The notes: generated by a model from the sequence alone, not told the origin. A stretch of DNA of 64,000 nucleotides from Bacillota bacterium (GCA_049718765.1 JBNARI010000004.1:19967-83966); one strand, 5' to 3'; counted from the first letter of the stretch, positions 54,130-64,000 are shown. Numbers and translations are program-made.

Positions 54130-55692
54130 GTGGAACTTGACAAACTGCTGGGACGATTCCTTAGCGCGTGGAAAGCGCTGGACAAAGCTAAACGCCAACT
54201 TCTCGCCATAGGAATGATCGCCCTGATGGGGGCGGCAGTGGTGTGGGTTGCGGTTTCGAGGAGAGGACCGCAGTATGAGGTGCTGTTTGCAGGGCTCAAG
54301 CTCAGGGACAGTGCCGAAATCGTTTCATGGCTTGACAGCCAGAAGGTACCGTACAAACTTGAAGCTTCAGGTTCGTCGATCCTCGTTCCGCAAGAGCTCG
54401 TGTACAAGCTTCGGTTGCAACTCGCATCACAGGGACTACCCAGGGGTGGGTCAGCTGGCTTCGAGCTGCTTGACCAGAGCAAGGTGACCACCACCGACTT
54501 TGAAAGGCGCACCAACTACCTCAGGGCACTTCAGGGTGAGCTAGCCCGCACCATAGAAGAGATCGATGGAGTGAGCGAGGCAAGGGTGCACATTGCGCTT
54601 CCCGAAGAAAGCGTGTTCATTTCCCGCACCAAGCTGGCGTCTGCGGCGGTCTTCCTGAAACTAAAGCCTGGGGTGGAACTGTCCAGGGCGCAGGTAACCG
54701 GGATCACGCGCTTGGTGTCCAAGAGCGTGCAAGACCTGCCTCCTGAAAACGTTGTGGTAGTAGACTACGCAGGTAGGGTGCTCAAGGGAGTTGAGGAGGA
54801 AAGCTCGGCGGCCACCGGCGGCACTCCTACCCAGGTGTTGGAGATCAGGAGACAGTTTGAGTCTACCCTTGAGGAAGGCATCAAACAAATGTTGGAAAGG
54901 GTAGTTGGGCCAGGCAACGTTTCAGTTAGGGCTAGTGCTGAGCTAAACCTGGACCGAGCCACGGTATCGAGGACAATGTTTTCCCCAGTGAGCAATCAGG
55001 AGGGAATTGCAAGGAGCATCCATCAACTGCAAGAAAGCTTCAGTGGAGCTGGCTCCGTGCCTGCGGGGCCTGCTGGAACCACGTCCAACATACCTGGATA
55101 CCAGGCACAAGGCTCGGCGCAACAATCTGATTACACCAAAACGGAAGTGACCCGCAACTTCGAGATTAACGAAGTGCGAGAGCAGGTCACCGTTGCCCCA
55201 GGGGTTGTCAAGCGCCTGAGCGTTGCAGTGCTGGTTAACAGGGAGCTTGATGCCAACCAGTCCAGAGCAATCGAATCGCTGGTAGCAGCCGCAATAGGTT
55301 TCGATGCAGCCAGGAAAGACCAAATAACTGTGGTGGGGATGCCCTTCGATACGTCCCTGACAGACATGTTACGCAAGCAAATGGAGGAAGCCAAACCTAC
55401 CACCCAGCCCAAGTACCCAGCCTGGCTGGTGCCTGCGGGCGTAGCTGCTGGCGGATTGTGTTTGATCTTGTTATTGGTGGTGTTTGCCATGGCCAGAAGG
55501 AGGAGGAGAAGGGCTGCGGAGCTGGCTGACATCATCCAAGCTGCACCGAGTCAAGCGCAGGCAGTGAGCCCGCCACCTCCGCCTGAATCAGAGGCGGAGC
55601 GCATCAGGAAAGAAATAGAGGAAATAGCTCGCACTAACCCGGAGACTGTGGCCCAGCTGATTCGCACGTGGCTTTCTGAGGAACGGAGGTGA
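54130..55692 (+). CDS. fliF: MS-ring protein FliF
   Basis: GFELLD, RALQGELARTI, ARVHI, ASAAV; two TM segments. Confidence 0.95.
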   Translation: MELDKLLGRFLSAWKALDKAKRQLLAIGMIALMGAAVVWVAVSRRGPQYEVLFAGLKLRDSAEIVSWLDSQKVPYKLEASGSSILVPQELVYKLRLQLASQGLPRGGSAGFELLDQSKVTTTDFERRTNYLRALQGELARTIEEIDGVSEARVHIALPEESVFISRTKLASAAVFLKLKPGVELSRAQVTGITRLVSKSVQDLPPENVVVVDYAGRVLKGVEEESSAATGGTPTQVLEIRRQFESTLEEGIKQMLERVVGPGNVSVRASAELNLDRATVSRTMFSPVSNQEGIARSIHQLQESFSGAGSVPAGPAGTTSNIPGYQAQGSAQQSDYTKTEVTRNFEINEVREQVTVAPGVVKRLSVAVLVNRELDANQSRAIESLVAAAIGFDAARKDQITVVGMPFDTSLTDMLRKQMEEAKPTTQPKYPAWLVPAGVAAGGLCLILLLVVFAMARRRRRRAAELADIIQAAPSQAQAVSPPPPPESEAERIRKEIEEIARTNPETVAQLIRTWLSEERR

Positions 55693-56705
55693 TCAGCTTG
55701 GCCAAGAACGTCGCTGGCAAGCAAAAGGCTGCAATACTCCTCATAACACTTGGCTCTGAGTTGTCGGCTAAGGTGTTCAGGTATCTGAGGGAGTCGGAGA
55801 TTGAATCCCTTGCCAGGGAAATAGCTGTCACTCGCAGGGTACCGCCCGAGCTGAGGGACGAGGTGCTGACCGAGTTCCGGGAATTGTGCCTGGCAAAGCG
55901 TTACATTGAGCAAGGCGGGCTCGAGTACGCCAAGGACGTGCTCGAGAAGGCAGTTGGGCTCCAAAAGGCCATGGAAATAATACACAGACTGATGGACACC
56001 ATTCAAATAAAGCCCTTTGAGTTCGTCAGGAGGGCAGATCCGGGAGAGCTAATCAATTTCCTCCAGGACGAACATCCCCAGACAATCGCACTCATCCTTT
56101 CTTACCTCGACTACGACAAGGCTGCTGCGATTTTGAGTTCACTGCCCCCTGAAGTGCAGGTCCAGGTGGCAAAGCGAGTGGCCACCATGGACCGCACTTC
56201 ACCATCTGTGATTGCTGAGGTGGAAAAGGTGCTCCAGCGCAAGATGTCCTCCCTTGTGGATAGGGAATACACCGCGCCGGGAGGCCTTACCACCATCGTT
56301 GGCATGCTCAACAAGGTTGACCGATCCACAGAAAAGCGGATTATCGAGTCTTTGGAAGCTGAGGATCCTGAGCTGGCGGAAGAAATCAAGAAGAGGATGT
56401 TCATGTTCGAGGACATAGTGTTGCTGGACGACAGGGCGGTGCAAAGGGTGTTGCGCGAAGTGGACATTGAGAAGGACCTGCCCGTGGCCCTTAAGGGTGC
56501 CAGCGAAGAGGTGAAGAGCAAGATCATGCGCAACCTGTCCACAAGAGCTCAGGAAAACCTCAAGGAGAACATGTCTTACCTTGGTCCAGTGCGACTCAAG
56601 CAGGTAGAAGAGGTGCAGCAGAAGATAGTCAGTATTATCAGGCGCTTGGAGGCAGAGGGCGAGATCGTCATCAGCCGAGGCGGAGGGGACGAGGTAATTG
56701 TATAG
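55689..56705 (+). CDS. fliG: Motor switch protein FliG
   Basis: KAAILL, EHPQTIAL, MFMFEDI. Confidence 0.97.
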   Translation: MISLAKNVAGKQKAAILLITLGSELSAKVFRYLRESEIESLAREIAVTRRVPPELRDEVLTEFRELCLAKRYIEQGGLEYAKDVLEKAVGLQKAMEIIHRLMDTIQIKPFEFVRRADPGELINFLQDEHPQTIALILSYLDYDKAAAILSSLPPEVQVQVAKRVATMDRTSPSVIAEVEKVLQRKMSSLVDREYTAPGGLTTIVGMLNKVDRSTEKRIIESLEAEDPELAEEIKKRMFMFEDIVLLDDRAVQRVLREVDIEKDLPVALKGASEEVKSKIMRNLSTRAQENLKENMSYLGPVRLKQVEEVQQKIVSIIRRLEAEGEIVISRGGGDEVIV

Positions 56706-57414
56706 GGTAGTTAAGGCAAGCCAAATAGAGTACAGCCCTGCACACACAGTCACCCTGGAGCCAAAGCTGGAGCAAGAAGATGCCAAGGCTGAAGAAGCGC
56801 CAGCGCCGGTTGAAATTGGACAGCAGGCGGATCCGCGCCTAGAGGAATTGATTCGCCAGGCCCAGCTCATAGCTGCTGAAGAGCGCAAGGCCGCTGCCGC
56901 ACAGGGGTTCGCAGAGGGCTTCAAGGAGGGCTTGGCCCAAGGCGCCCACGAGGCGCTGTGCAGACTTTCTGAGGTGCTGCGCCAGGCGGAGCAGCTGCTG
57001 GCGGAAGCAAAGCGAGCTCGGGAAACCGCTGTCAAGGACCTGGAGCCAGAAATAATATCCCTTGCGTGCAGCGTTGCTGAGCGGATCGTAAAGAAGACCG
57101 TTGAACTGGACCCCGAAACGGTGGTGAGGGTCGCCAAGCACGTCCTGGAGAGTGCCCAGCTCCAGCCGCCCGTCACCATTAAGGTGAGCGCTGAGGACCT
57201 TGAAGTGCTGAGAGAGCGCGTGGACGAGCTCAAAGCCGTGGTGGGCGGGCACGTTGATCTCAGCCCCGACGGATCAGTGTCGAGGGGGGGCTGTATTGCC
57301 GAAAGCCAGGTGGGAAGCGTGGATGGCGACCTCCTTACCCAGCTGGAGAACATCAAGAAGCAACTGTTGGAGGAAATTGGTACCGGTCAAGAAGGGGTGA
57401 AAAGAAGCCAATGA
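56698..57414 (+). CDS. fliH: Flagellar assembly protein FliH
   Basis: GxxxG repeats, GGCIAES; between fliG and fliI. Confidence 0.9.
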   Translation: MYRVVKASQIEYSPAHTVTLEPKLEQEDAKAEEAPAPVEIGQQADPRLEELIRQAQLIAAEERKAAAAQGFAEGFKEGLAQGAHEALCRLSEVLRQAEQLLAEAKRARETAVKDLEPEIISLACSVAERIVKKTVELDPETVVRVAKHVLESAQLQPPVTIKVSAEDLEVLRERVDELKAVVGGHVDLSPDGSVSRGGCIAESQVGSVDGDLLTQLENIKKQLLEEIGTGQEGVKRSQ

Positions 57415-58718
57415 TGCCTGTTGCGCAGCTTCATGAGAGCCTGGCAAAGGCAGAGCTTTACACGAGGCTGGGACGCGTGGCCCAGGTGACAGGGTTGATC
57501 ATCGAGTCCGCTGGCCCCAGGGTTAAGCTGGGAGAGTTGTGCACCGTGGAGAAGGAAGACGGAAGCGTGCTCTTGGCTGAGGCCGTGGGCTTCAGAGGGG
57601 AGAGGGTGCTTCTGACCCCCCTTGGCGAACTAGAGGGTATCAGTCCAGGGTGCGTGGTGAAAGCGGCAGGTCGTCCAATGACCGTAGGGGTTGGAATGGA
57701 GCTGCTCGGACGCGTTGTGGACGCCTTCGGACAGCCTATTGACGGGGGCAGACCAGTTCGGGCCGAGGCGTGGTACCCCGCAATGCGGCCAGCGCCAGAC
57801 CCCTTGACCCGGCTGCCAATCACTGAGCCTCTCCAGGTGGGCGTAAGGGCCATCGACGGGCTGTTGACGTGTGGGAAGGGCCAGAGAATAGGCATCTTTT
57901 CTGGCTCTGGGGTTGGCAAGAGCACCCTGCTCGGAATGATCGCAAGGAACACTTCGGCACAAGTAAACGTAGTAGCACTTGTGGGTGAACGGGGCAGAGA
58001 AGTGCGGGACTTCATCCAAAAGGACCTGGGCGAAGAGGGATTGAAGCGATCGGTGGTGGTTGTAGCCACTTCGGACAAGCCACCCATGGTACGCATAAAG
58101 GCGGCTTTTACTGCCACAGCAATTGCAGAATACTTCCGTGACCTGGGTATGGACGTCCTGCTCATGATGGATTCGGTCACGAGGTTCGCTATGGCCCAGA
58201 GGGAAGTGGGATTGGCTACTGGGGAACCTCCCACCACCAGAGGCTACACCCCTTCCGTGTTTGCTCTCCTGCCCAGGCTCTTGGAGCGCAGCGGCACAGC
58301 AGAAAGGGGTAGCATCACGGGCTTTTACACGGTGCTCGTTGATGGGGACGACATGAACGAGCCCATTGCGGATGCTGTTCGGGGAATACTGGATGGCCAC
58401 ATAGTGCTGTCCAGGCAACTTGCTTCGAAGGGCCATTATCCTCCAATAGATGTCTTGGCCAGCGTGTCCAGGCTCATGATCAGCGTAGTAAACGGGGAGC
58501 ACATGGAGCTTGCTCGCAAGGTGCGCACGGTGCTTGCCACTTATAAGGACGCTGAAGATTTGATCAACATTGGGGCGTACGTTTCAGGCAGCAACCCGGA
58601 TATAGATTACGCAGTCAAGATGATAAAGCCTGTGACAGAATTCCTGCAGCAGGGCATCAGGGAAAAAAGCAGCCTGCAGGAATGCACCCAATGGCTGCGC
58701 AGGATGTTTTCTCAGTGA
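57411..58718 (+). CDS. fliI: Flagellar export ATPase FliI
   Basis: GSGVGKST, GERGREV, DSVTRFAMAQRE, DGHIVL. Confidence 0.97.
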   Translation: MMPVAQLHESLAKAELYTRLGRVAQVTGLIIESAGPRVKLGELCTVEKEDGSVLLAEAVGFRGERVLLTPLGELEGISPGCVVKAAGRPMTVGVGMELLGRVVDAFGQPIDGGRPVRAEAWYPAMRPAPDPLTRLPITEPLQVGVRAIDGLLTCGKGQRIGIFSGSGVGKSTLLGMIARNTSAQVNVVALVGERGREVRDFIQKDLGEEGLKRSVVVVATSDKPPMVRIKAAFTATAIAEYFRDLGMDVLLMMDSVTRFAMAQREVGLATGEPPTTRGYTPSVFALLPRLLERSGTAERGSITGFYTVLVDGDDMNEPIADAVRGILDGHIVLSRQLASKGHYPPIDVLASVSRLMISVVNGEHMELARKVRTVLATYKDAEDLINIGAYVSGSNPDIDYAVKMIKPVTEFLQQGIREKSSLQECTQWLRRMFSQ

Positions 58719-58736
58719 TAGGGGGGCACCCATGGT

Positions 58737-59234
58737 ATGCGCTTTAAGTTCAGGCTGGAAAAGGTGAAGGAAGCCAAAGAGACTATCCTCGAGGTCAAGC
58801 AGGTGGAACTTGCAGCCGCTTTGAGCAACGCGCGCAGGGAAGAGCTGCAGCTCACCCAAATCGAGGGGGAAGCTCATTCGGTGGCTAGTGCGGTCGAAGG
58901 AGGACTGGCGCGGTATCTCAACGCAGACGAGCTCGAGATGTGGATGGACTGCTTCCATAGGTTGAAGCACAAGGGAAAGTTGCAGGCCCAGCGGTTAAGG
59001 GAAGCCATGAAGCGAGTGGACCAAAAGCGTGGTGAAGCCGTCGAAGCCAGGAAGGACGTCAAGACTTTGGAAAACCTCAAGGAAAAGCGATTCCAGGAGT
59101 TTCGGGCGGAGGAGCTCAAGAGGGGGCAGTACGAGCTAGATGAGCTTGGATTGAGGATGAAGGTGTCAGGGCAAGTGGAGGGGAGGGAAGGCGTTGCAGG
59201 GGGTAACGTTGTGCACGACCCAACTGGAAACTAG
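58737..59234 (+). CDS. fliJ: Flagellar export protein FliJ
   Basis: FKFRLEKV, coiled coil, LENLKE; after fliI. Confidence 0.88.
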   Translation: MRFKFRLEKVKEAKETILEVKQVELAAALSNARREELQLTQIEGEAHSVASAVEGGLARYLNADELEMWMDCFHRLKHKGKLQAQRLREAMKRVDQKRGEAVEARKDVKTLENLKEKRFQEFRAEELKRGQYELDELGLRMKVSGQVEGREGVAGGNVVHDPTGN

Positions 59235-60279
59235 CCCGGAGACAGCTCCTGGTCAAGCGGGGCTAGGCCTGGAGGGGCTCAAACGCAAATTCGAAGAGGA
59301 ACTTGCCATGCAAATGGCTACACAGCTTGCGGCATCGCTTGCGGTGATCCTCCCTCCTGTGGCAGTTGCTGGCGACAGCCCCCCCCTTCAGGTTAGCGAC
59401 CGGCTTGCTTCACCTTTGAGCTGTACCTGCGAGGGAGTGCCGCTTCAGGTGGAGGTTGCTGATGTGCCCGAGCTACCTGGGCAGGCTAAAGGCGACCTTC
59501 AGGCGTTGCAGAACCAGGGGCACACTGTGCAGCCAAGCGCAGCACAAGTAGAAGCTCGTGAGCTTGGGGACAAAGCAGCGGCACCTGCCCATCTCAATCC
59601 TGGGCCAACTGAGGTGTCACGGTTCGCGATTAACCCACCAGGTCGGGAGTTGGCCGGAAGGGTGCCAACGCGCCAAGTAGTTGAACCCCTTCTCAGGTCT
59701 GATGTGGCCAAAGGGGAACGAACCATAGAGGGGCTGGCGAGAAAAAAGGCCGAGCCCTCTGCACGCAGGCAGGCAGAGGAAAGCGAAAAGGGCCGTCCTG
59801 CAAGCCAGCAGCCGACCACAGGGGATGAACTGCTTGAGCCCACTAGGAGGCCGGAACCTAAAGCCACTGCTACCTTGCGTGAGGAGCCAGCCAGAGGTGC
59901 TCCCACCCAAGGAGCACTGGAAAAGGCTGAGGAGGTCAACTGGCCTACCTCGAGGTTGAGCGTAACGGTGGACAAAGGCGAGCCAGGCCAGGTAGTCGTG
60001 AGGCTTTCCCTGCGCAAGGACACGTTGTGGGGTAAGGTCACTGTAAGCGATGAGACCCTAAAGGTGCAGCTTCAGCGCCAGGTGGATGTGCTCAGAAGCA
60101 GGCTTTCCCAGTGGGGGCTGAGTTTGGAACAGTTGCGGGTCGACGGCAGCATGGACGGAGGAGCGAGGAGGCAATGGGATCAGCCTGACAAGCCCAGGTG
60201 GTCCAAGCACCATGGGAGATTGCTCCGCAGCGAGGGGGATTCGGGCGATGATGACTTACTGCTTGATGAGAGGGCGTGA
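59194..60279 (+). CDS. fliK: Hook-length control protein FliK (start uncertain)
   Basis: Pro/Ala/Glu-rich disordered N-terminus with FliK-like C-terminal domain; precedes flgD. Confidence 0.7.
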   Translation: MQGVTLCTTQLETSPETAPGQAGLGLEGLKRKFEEELAMQMATQLAASLAVILPPVAVAGDSPPLQVSDRLASPLSCTCEGVPLQVEVADVPELPGQAKGDLQALQNQGHTVQPSAAQVEARELGDKAAAPAHLNPGPTEVSRFAINPPGRELAGRVPTRQVVEPLLRSDVAKGERTIEGLARKKAEPSARRQAEESEKGRPASQQPTTGDELLEPTRRPEPKATATLREEPARGAPTQGALEKAEEVNWPTSRLSVTVDKGEPGQVVVRLSLRKDTLWGKVTVSDETLKVQLQRQVDVLRSRLSQWGLSLEQLRVDGSMDGGARRQWDQPDKPRWSKHHGRLLRSEGDSGDDDLLLDERA

Positions 60280-60687
60280 TTGGCGATGAGCTCAGTTTCG
60301 GGATCAACCCAGGTATCCAGCGGGACCAAAGCCATGAGCAGCACTTGGGGAAACGTGGGGCTCGGCAAGAAGGAATTCCTTCAAGTGTTGTGTGCCGAAC
60401 TGTCCAACCAGAACCCTTTGGAGCCCATGAAGAATTCGGAATTCATGGGCCAATTGGCACAGCTTGCCCAAATTGACTTCACTGACCAAATGAGGAAGGT
60501 TGAGCTGGCCACCCAGGCTTTGGGCAAGCAGGTCAGGCTGGGGCAAACATTGCAGGGGGATACGGTGGAAGGAGTGGTTGAGGCGATTTCCCTGCGCAAT
60601 GGTCAGCCTTACTTAATCGTTCAAGGGGTGGCTTTCCCCGTGGAAGCATTGTTGGAGGTAAGTTCAGCGGAGGTGAGCAAAAGATGA
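60280..60687 (+). CDS. flgD: Hook capping protein FlgD
   Basis: LGKKEFLQVL...NQNPLEPM...QLAQ. Confidence 0.9.
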   Translation: MAMSSVSGSTQVSSGTKAMSSTWGNVGLGKKEFLQVLCAELSNQNPLEPMKNSEFMGQLAQLAQIDFTDQMRKVELATQALGKQVRLGQTLQGDTVEGVVEAISLRNGQPYLIVQGVAFPVEALLEVSSAEVSKR

Positions 60688-61907
60688 TGCGCTCATTGTT
60701 TTCGGCTGTGTCAGGGCTTCGCAGCCATCAAATTGCAATGGACGTGATTGGTGAAAACATTGCCAACGTGAACACTGCAGGATATAAGGCCAGCAGGGTT
60801 ACGTTCAAGGAAATGTTCAGTCAGACCATAAGTGGCGCTTCTGCACCTACCGCTGGTAGGGGCGGAACAAACCCACAGCAAATCGGACTTGGTGTGACTT
60901 TGGGCTCAGTGGATTCCATACTCAACCAGGGCAACCTCCAACCCACGGGCAAGGTAACGGACATGGCCATCGAGGGGAATGGCTACTTCGTGCTCAGAGA
61001 GGGCAATAAAACTCTCTACACGCGTGCGGGCAGCTTCGACCTGGACGCTTCGGGCACCCTTGTGGACTCGTCAGGACGCCAGGTGATGGGCTGGATGGCC
61101 AACAACGGCGTGTTTGGGACGAGGTCGGACAGCACCCTGACCACAATTACCATTCCTATGGGCCAGTCGATCAATGCTACGCCTACCACCAGGGCGGCGT
61201 GGTACCACAACCTGGATTCCAGGGCAGAAATCGGGGAAACCCGGGTCACGTCCATGACTGTATTCGATTCCCTGGGCAACGCCCACCAGATCAGTGTGAG
61301 TTTCACCAAGACCGGAGTGAACGAGTGGGCTTGGAGCGCATCTGGGTCTGGCATCAGCGTGACTGGGAATGGGTCCCTGGTGTTTGACGACGGTGGGAAG
61401 CTGGTGTCTTCCACTGGCGGTCCTGTGGAAGTGGACCTGCGCGCTGTGGGCGCTGCTAACCTGAGCATAACCATGGACTTCAGCAATGTGACCCAGAACG
61501 CAGCTGAGTCCACGGTGGAGCTTGCTGAAAGGGATGGTTGTCCCCCTGGTTCTCTGGAAACCATCACTGTGGACGGTTCGGGGGTAATAAGTGGGGTTTA
61601 CTCCAACGGCATTTCTAGGCCGATTGCCCAAATTGCCCTTGCCACTTTTCCAAACCCAGCGGGATTGGCAAAGAGTGGCTCCGGGGTTTACGAGGAATCC
61701 AACAACTCAGGTCCCCGTCAGATTGACCAGCCTGGAACGGGTGGAAGGGGAAGGATTGTGCCATCAACGCTGGAGCTGTCCAATGTGGACCTGGCAAACG
61801 AGTTCACCTCAATGATCACAATTCAAAGGGGGTTCCAGGCCAACTCCAGGGTGATCACTGCTGCTGACGAGATGTTGCAGGAACTGGTGAACCTCAAACG
61901 AGCATGA
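60684..61907 (+). CDS. flgE: Flagellar hook protein FlgE
   Basis: MRSLFSAVSGL, NIANVNT-GYK, YTRAG, LELSNVDLA, QRGFQAN. Confidence 0.95.
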   Translation: MMRSLFSAVSGLRSHQIAMDVIGENIANVNTAGYKASRVTFKEMFSQTISGASAPTAGRGGTNPQQIGLGVTLGSVDSILNQGNLQPTGKVTDMAIEGNGYFVLREGNKTLYTRAGSFDLDASGTLVDSSGRQVMGWMANNGVFGTRSDSTLTTITIPMGQSINATPTTRAAWYHNLDSRAEIGETRVTSMTVFDSLGNAHQISVSFTKTGVNEWAWSASGSGISVTGNGSLVFDDGGKLVSSTGGPVEVDLRAVGAANLSITMDFSNVTQNAAESTVELAERDGCPPGSLETITVDGSGVISGVYSNGISRPIAQIALATFPNPAGLAKSGSGVYEESNNSGPRQIDQPGTGGRGRIVPSTLELSNVDLANEFTSMITIQRGFQANSRVITAADEMLQELVNLKRA

Positions 61908-61937
61908 GTTAAAGCTCTGTGCTGGGGGTGGCTGGAC

Positions 61938-62765
61938 GTGGATCGCGGGACTTGGCTTGGGGTAATCTCGGGGATTGTGCTGCTGTCGTGGGCGCTCACC
62001 ATGGGGGGGTCGCTTCGCGTCTTTTACGACCTAGCTTCGGTGATGATCACATTGGGTGGCACGATTGCAGCAACCCTCATTGCTTACCCCTTGCCCAAGC
62101 TAATTGGCGTGCTGAGGGTGGTCAAGAACGCCTTTGTGTCCAATGGCGATGACCCAGAACGGGTAATCGCGTTGCTGGTGCGTTTGTCAGAGCGGGCACG
62201 GCGTGAAGGTTTGCTTGCGCTAGAGGAGGAGCTGGCCAACATTCAGGACCCCTTCCTGAAAAGGGGGTTGCAGTTGGTGATCGACGGTACACCGCCAGAT
62301 GCGGTGAGGGAAATCCTCGAGGACGACATTTACTACAGTGACCAGAGGCACACCCAGGGCCAGAGCATCTTCGAGAGCATGGGTTCGGCTGCCCCTGCCT
62401 TTGGCATGCTGGGGACCATCATAGGCCTGATCCAGATGCTTCGGTTCCTGGACAAGCCCGAGAAGATTGGGCCTGCAATGGCGGTGGCCTTGGTGACCAC
62501 GTTCTACGGATCAGTGTTGGCAAACCTGGTGTTCATACCGTTAGCTGGCAAGCTCAGGGTGAGGGCTGGCGAGGAGGCATTGTTCAAGGGACTCGTCCTT
62601 CAGGGAATTCTTGCAATCCAGGCCGGCGAAAACCCGAGGCTGGTGGAAGAGAAGCTGAAGTGCTTTATTCCACCAGGCGAGAGGGAGAAGTACAAGTTCC
62701 GTCAGGCCAGAATGGAGGCGGAGACCGTTGCGTCCAGGTCGGGTGGGAGGGAAATTCGAGGTTGA
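61938..62765 (+). CDS. motA: Flagellar stator A subunit (MotA/MotP type)
   Basis: ARREGLLALE, PAFGMLGTIIGLI, ALVTTFYG. Confidence 0.94.
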   Translation: MDRGTWLGVISGIVLLSWALTMGGSLRVFYDLASVMITLGGTIAATLIAYPLPKLIGVLRVVKNAFVSNGDDPERVIALLVRLSERARREGLLALEEELANIQDPFLKRGLQLVIDGTPPDAVREILEDDIYYSDQRHTQGQSIFESMGSAAPAFGMLGTIIGLIQMLRFLDKPEKIGPAMAVALVTTFYGSVLANLVFIPLAGKLRVRAGEEALFKGLVLQGILAIQAGENPRLVEEKLKCFIPPGEREKYKFRQARMEAETVASRSGGREIRG

Positions 62766-63486
62766 CACTTCGGCACCGCGGTGGCTCACGACGTATTCTG
62801 ACCTAATGACCAACCTGCTGTGCTTCTTCGTGATGTTGTTCGCCATGTCCACTCTCAACGTTAAGAAGTTCAAAGCGGTGCTTATGTCAATCCAAGGAGC
62901 TTTCGGAGTGCTGCCTGGTCAAGGGATAACCATCGAAGAGCTGAGGGAGCAGGTGCCAGGCTTGGAAGAGAGCCTGATGGAGGAAATTGCTAGAAGGGAC
63001 ATGGAGCAACTCGAGTCTGCCCGCCAGGCACTTGAGGGGCTTATCCAACAGGAGGGGCTTGGGGCATCGGTGAGCGTCACCATGGAAAGCAGGGGGCTAG
63101 TGTTGAGGTTTGCAGACACAGTGCTTTTCGACCTGGGCAAGGCAGACCTGAAGCCCGGGGCAAGGCAGATCCTGGACAAGGTGAGCAAGGTGCTAAAAGA
63201 TTTGCCCAACCACGTGAGGGTGGAAGGTCACACCGATAACCTTCCCATTTCTACGCCCAGGTTTCCCTCTAACTGGGAGCTGTCTTGTGCCCGGGCCACA
63301 AACGTGGTTCGGTACCTGATCGAAGCCAACGGCTTGTCCCCTGAAAGGCTTTCCGCAGCTGGCTATGGCGAGTTCAGACCGGTGTCACCCAACGACTCCG
63401 AAGCTTCCAGAAGGTTAAACAGAAGGGTGGACCTGGTGGTGCTTACCCTCACTCTTTCAAGGTCGGAGACGGGGAACTGGAGGTAG
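62728..63486 (+). CDS. motB: Flagellar stator B subunit (MotB/MotS type)
   Basis: WLTTYSDLMTNLLCFFVMLFAMS; OmpA-like EGHTD, NWELS, NRRV. Confidence 0.94.
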   Translation: MRPGRVGGKFEVDTSAPRWLTTYSDLMTNLLCFFVMLFAMSTLNVKKFKAVLMSIQGAFGVLPGQGITIEELREQVPGLEESLMEEIARRDMEQLESARQALEGLIQQEGLGASVSVTMESRGLVLRFADTVLFDLGKADLKPGARQILDKVSKVLKDLPNHVRVEGHTDNLPISTPRFPSNWELSCARATNVVRYLIEANGLSPERLSAAGYGEFRPVSPNDSEASRRLNRRVDLVVLTLTLSRSETGNWR

Positions 63487-63905
63487 TGTCCTTGAGGTCA
63501 AAGAAGGTGTTGGTACTGGCAGCCGTGCTGCTTGCGGCCTTAGCCGGCGGCGGATGGTATTACGTTAGGGCAAATCCTTCCAAGTCCAAGCCGGCGCCTC
63601 AACCTACTATAATCCACGCAGGCGAGTTCGTGACAAACCTGCTGCCCAATGGCCCTTACAGGTACATCAGGGTGGAAGTTGACGTGGAAGTTGACACGAA
63701 GGAAGGAGCAACCAAGTTCGCTGAGCGCAGCTCCCAGGCGAAGGACACCATTCTCAGAGTGCTCCGTTCCAAGAAATGGGAAGACGTATTGGGTTCCCAG
63801 GGTATGGAGCAGCTGGCAAGCGAGATGAAAGAGCAGCTTTCCAAAGTGATTGCGCCCGATGGGTCGGTAACCAGGGTTTTCTTCACTCAATTCGTGGTTC
63901 AGTAG
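63486..63905 (+). CDS. fliL: Flagellar basal body protein FliL
   Basis: N-terminal TM, EFVTNL, VFFTQFVVQ. Confidence 0.9.
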   Translation: MSLRSKKVLVLAAVLLAALAGGGWYYVRANPSKSKPAPQPTIIHAGEFVTNLLPNGPYRYIRVEVDVEVDTKEGATKFAERSSQAKDTILRVLRSKKWEDVLGSQGMEQLASEMKEQLSKVIAPDGSVTRVFFTQFVVQ

Positions 63906-63917
63906 GAGGTGCTGGCG

Positions 63918-64000
63918 ATGGGTGAAGCTGAGTTCGGGGAGAAGGTGAAGGTTTACCCTGTCAAGTTCGGCAAGGTGGAGCCTCCCAAGGCCACAGCGTC
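63918..64000 (+). CDS. Next flagellar operon gene, truncated by window end (possibly FliN/FliY-like)
   Basis: SD AGGAGGTG; MGEAEFGEKVKVYPVKFGKVEPPKATA. Confidence 0.5.
   Translation, partial: MGEAEFGEKVKVYPVKFGKVEPPKATA

Noticed and set aside
1-64000. CRISPR arrays, tRNA/rRNA genes, IS elements, prophage or defence genes
   Set aside because: No spaced repeats, cloverleaf motifs, transposases or phage genes seen by eye

Overview
A 64-kb core-chromosome segment from a fairly GC-rich, spore-forming, flagellated Bacillota (Firmicutes). The backbone follows the familiar order rsgA-rpe...rpmB-asp23-fakA-recG-SASP/gpr-coaD-ylbJ...yceD-rpmF-fapR-plsX-acpP-rnc-smc-ftsY-ylxM-ffh-rpsP-khpA-rimM-trmD-rplS-lepB-rbgA-rnhB-topA-xerC-hslVU-codY, then a c-di-GMP-I riboswitch-led flgB...motAB-fliL flagellar operon. 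Three riboswitches are clear (FMN, TPP, c-di-GMP-I). I saw no tRNA, rRNA, CRISPR array or mobile element. Most notable: (1) a single 664-aa protein fusing an Ldh_2 (ComC/AllD-type) dehydrogenase to a D-isomer 2-hydroxyacid (SlcC/SerA-type) dehydrogenase, in an apparent operon with a TAXI-TRAP transporter, a candidate one-chain redox racemase system; (2) a fapR-plsX operon with a DegV/FakB gene where the fab genes normally sit; (3) an OPT transporter with two M29-fold enzymes, one with a NicX-like metal site; (4) a 23-aa SpoVM missed by the ORF track, which reveals a local inversion; (5) an RpiR-like HTH fused to a catalytically dead LexA/S24 domain; (6) two long, potentially structured intergenic regions. 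All calls come from reading motifs and gene order by eye; no database searches or folding programs were run.
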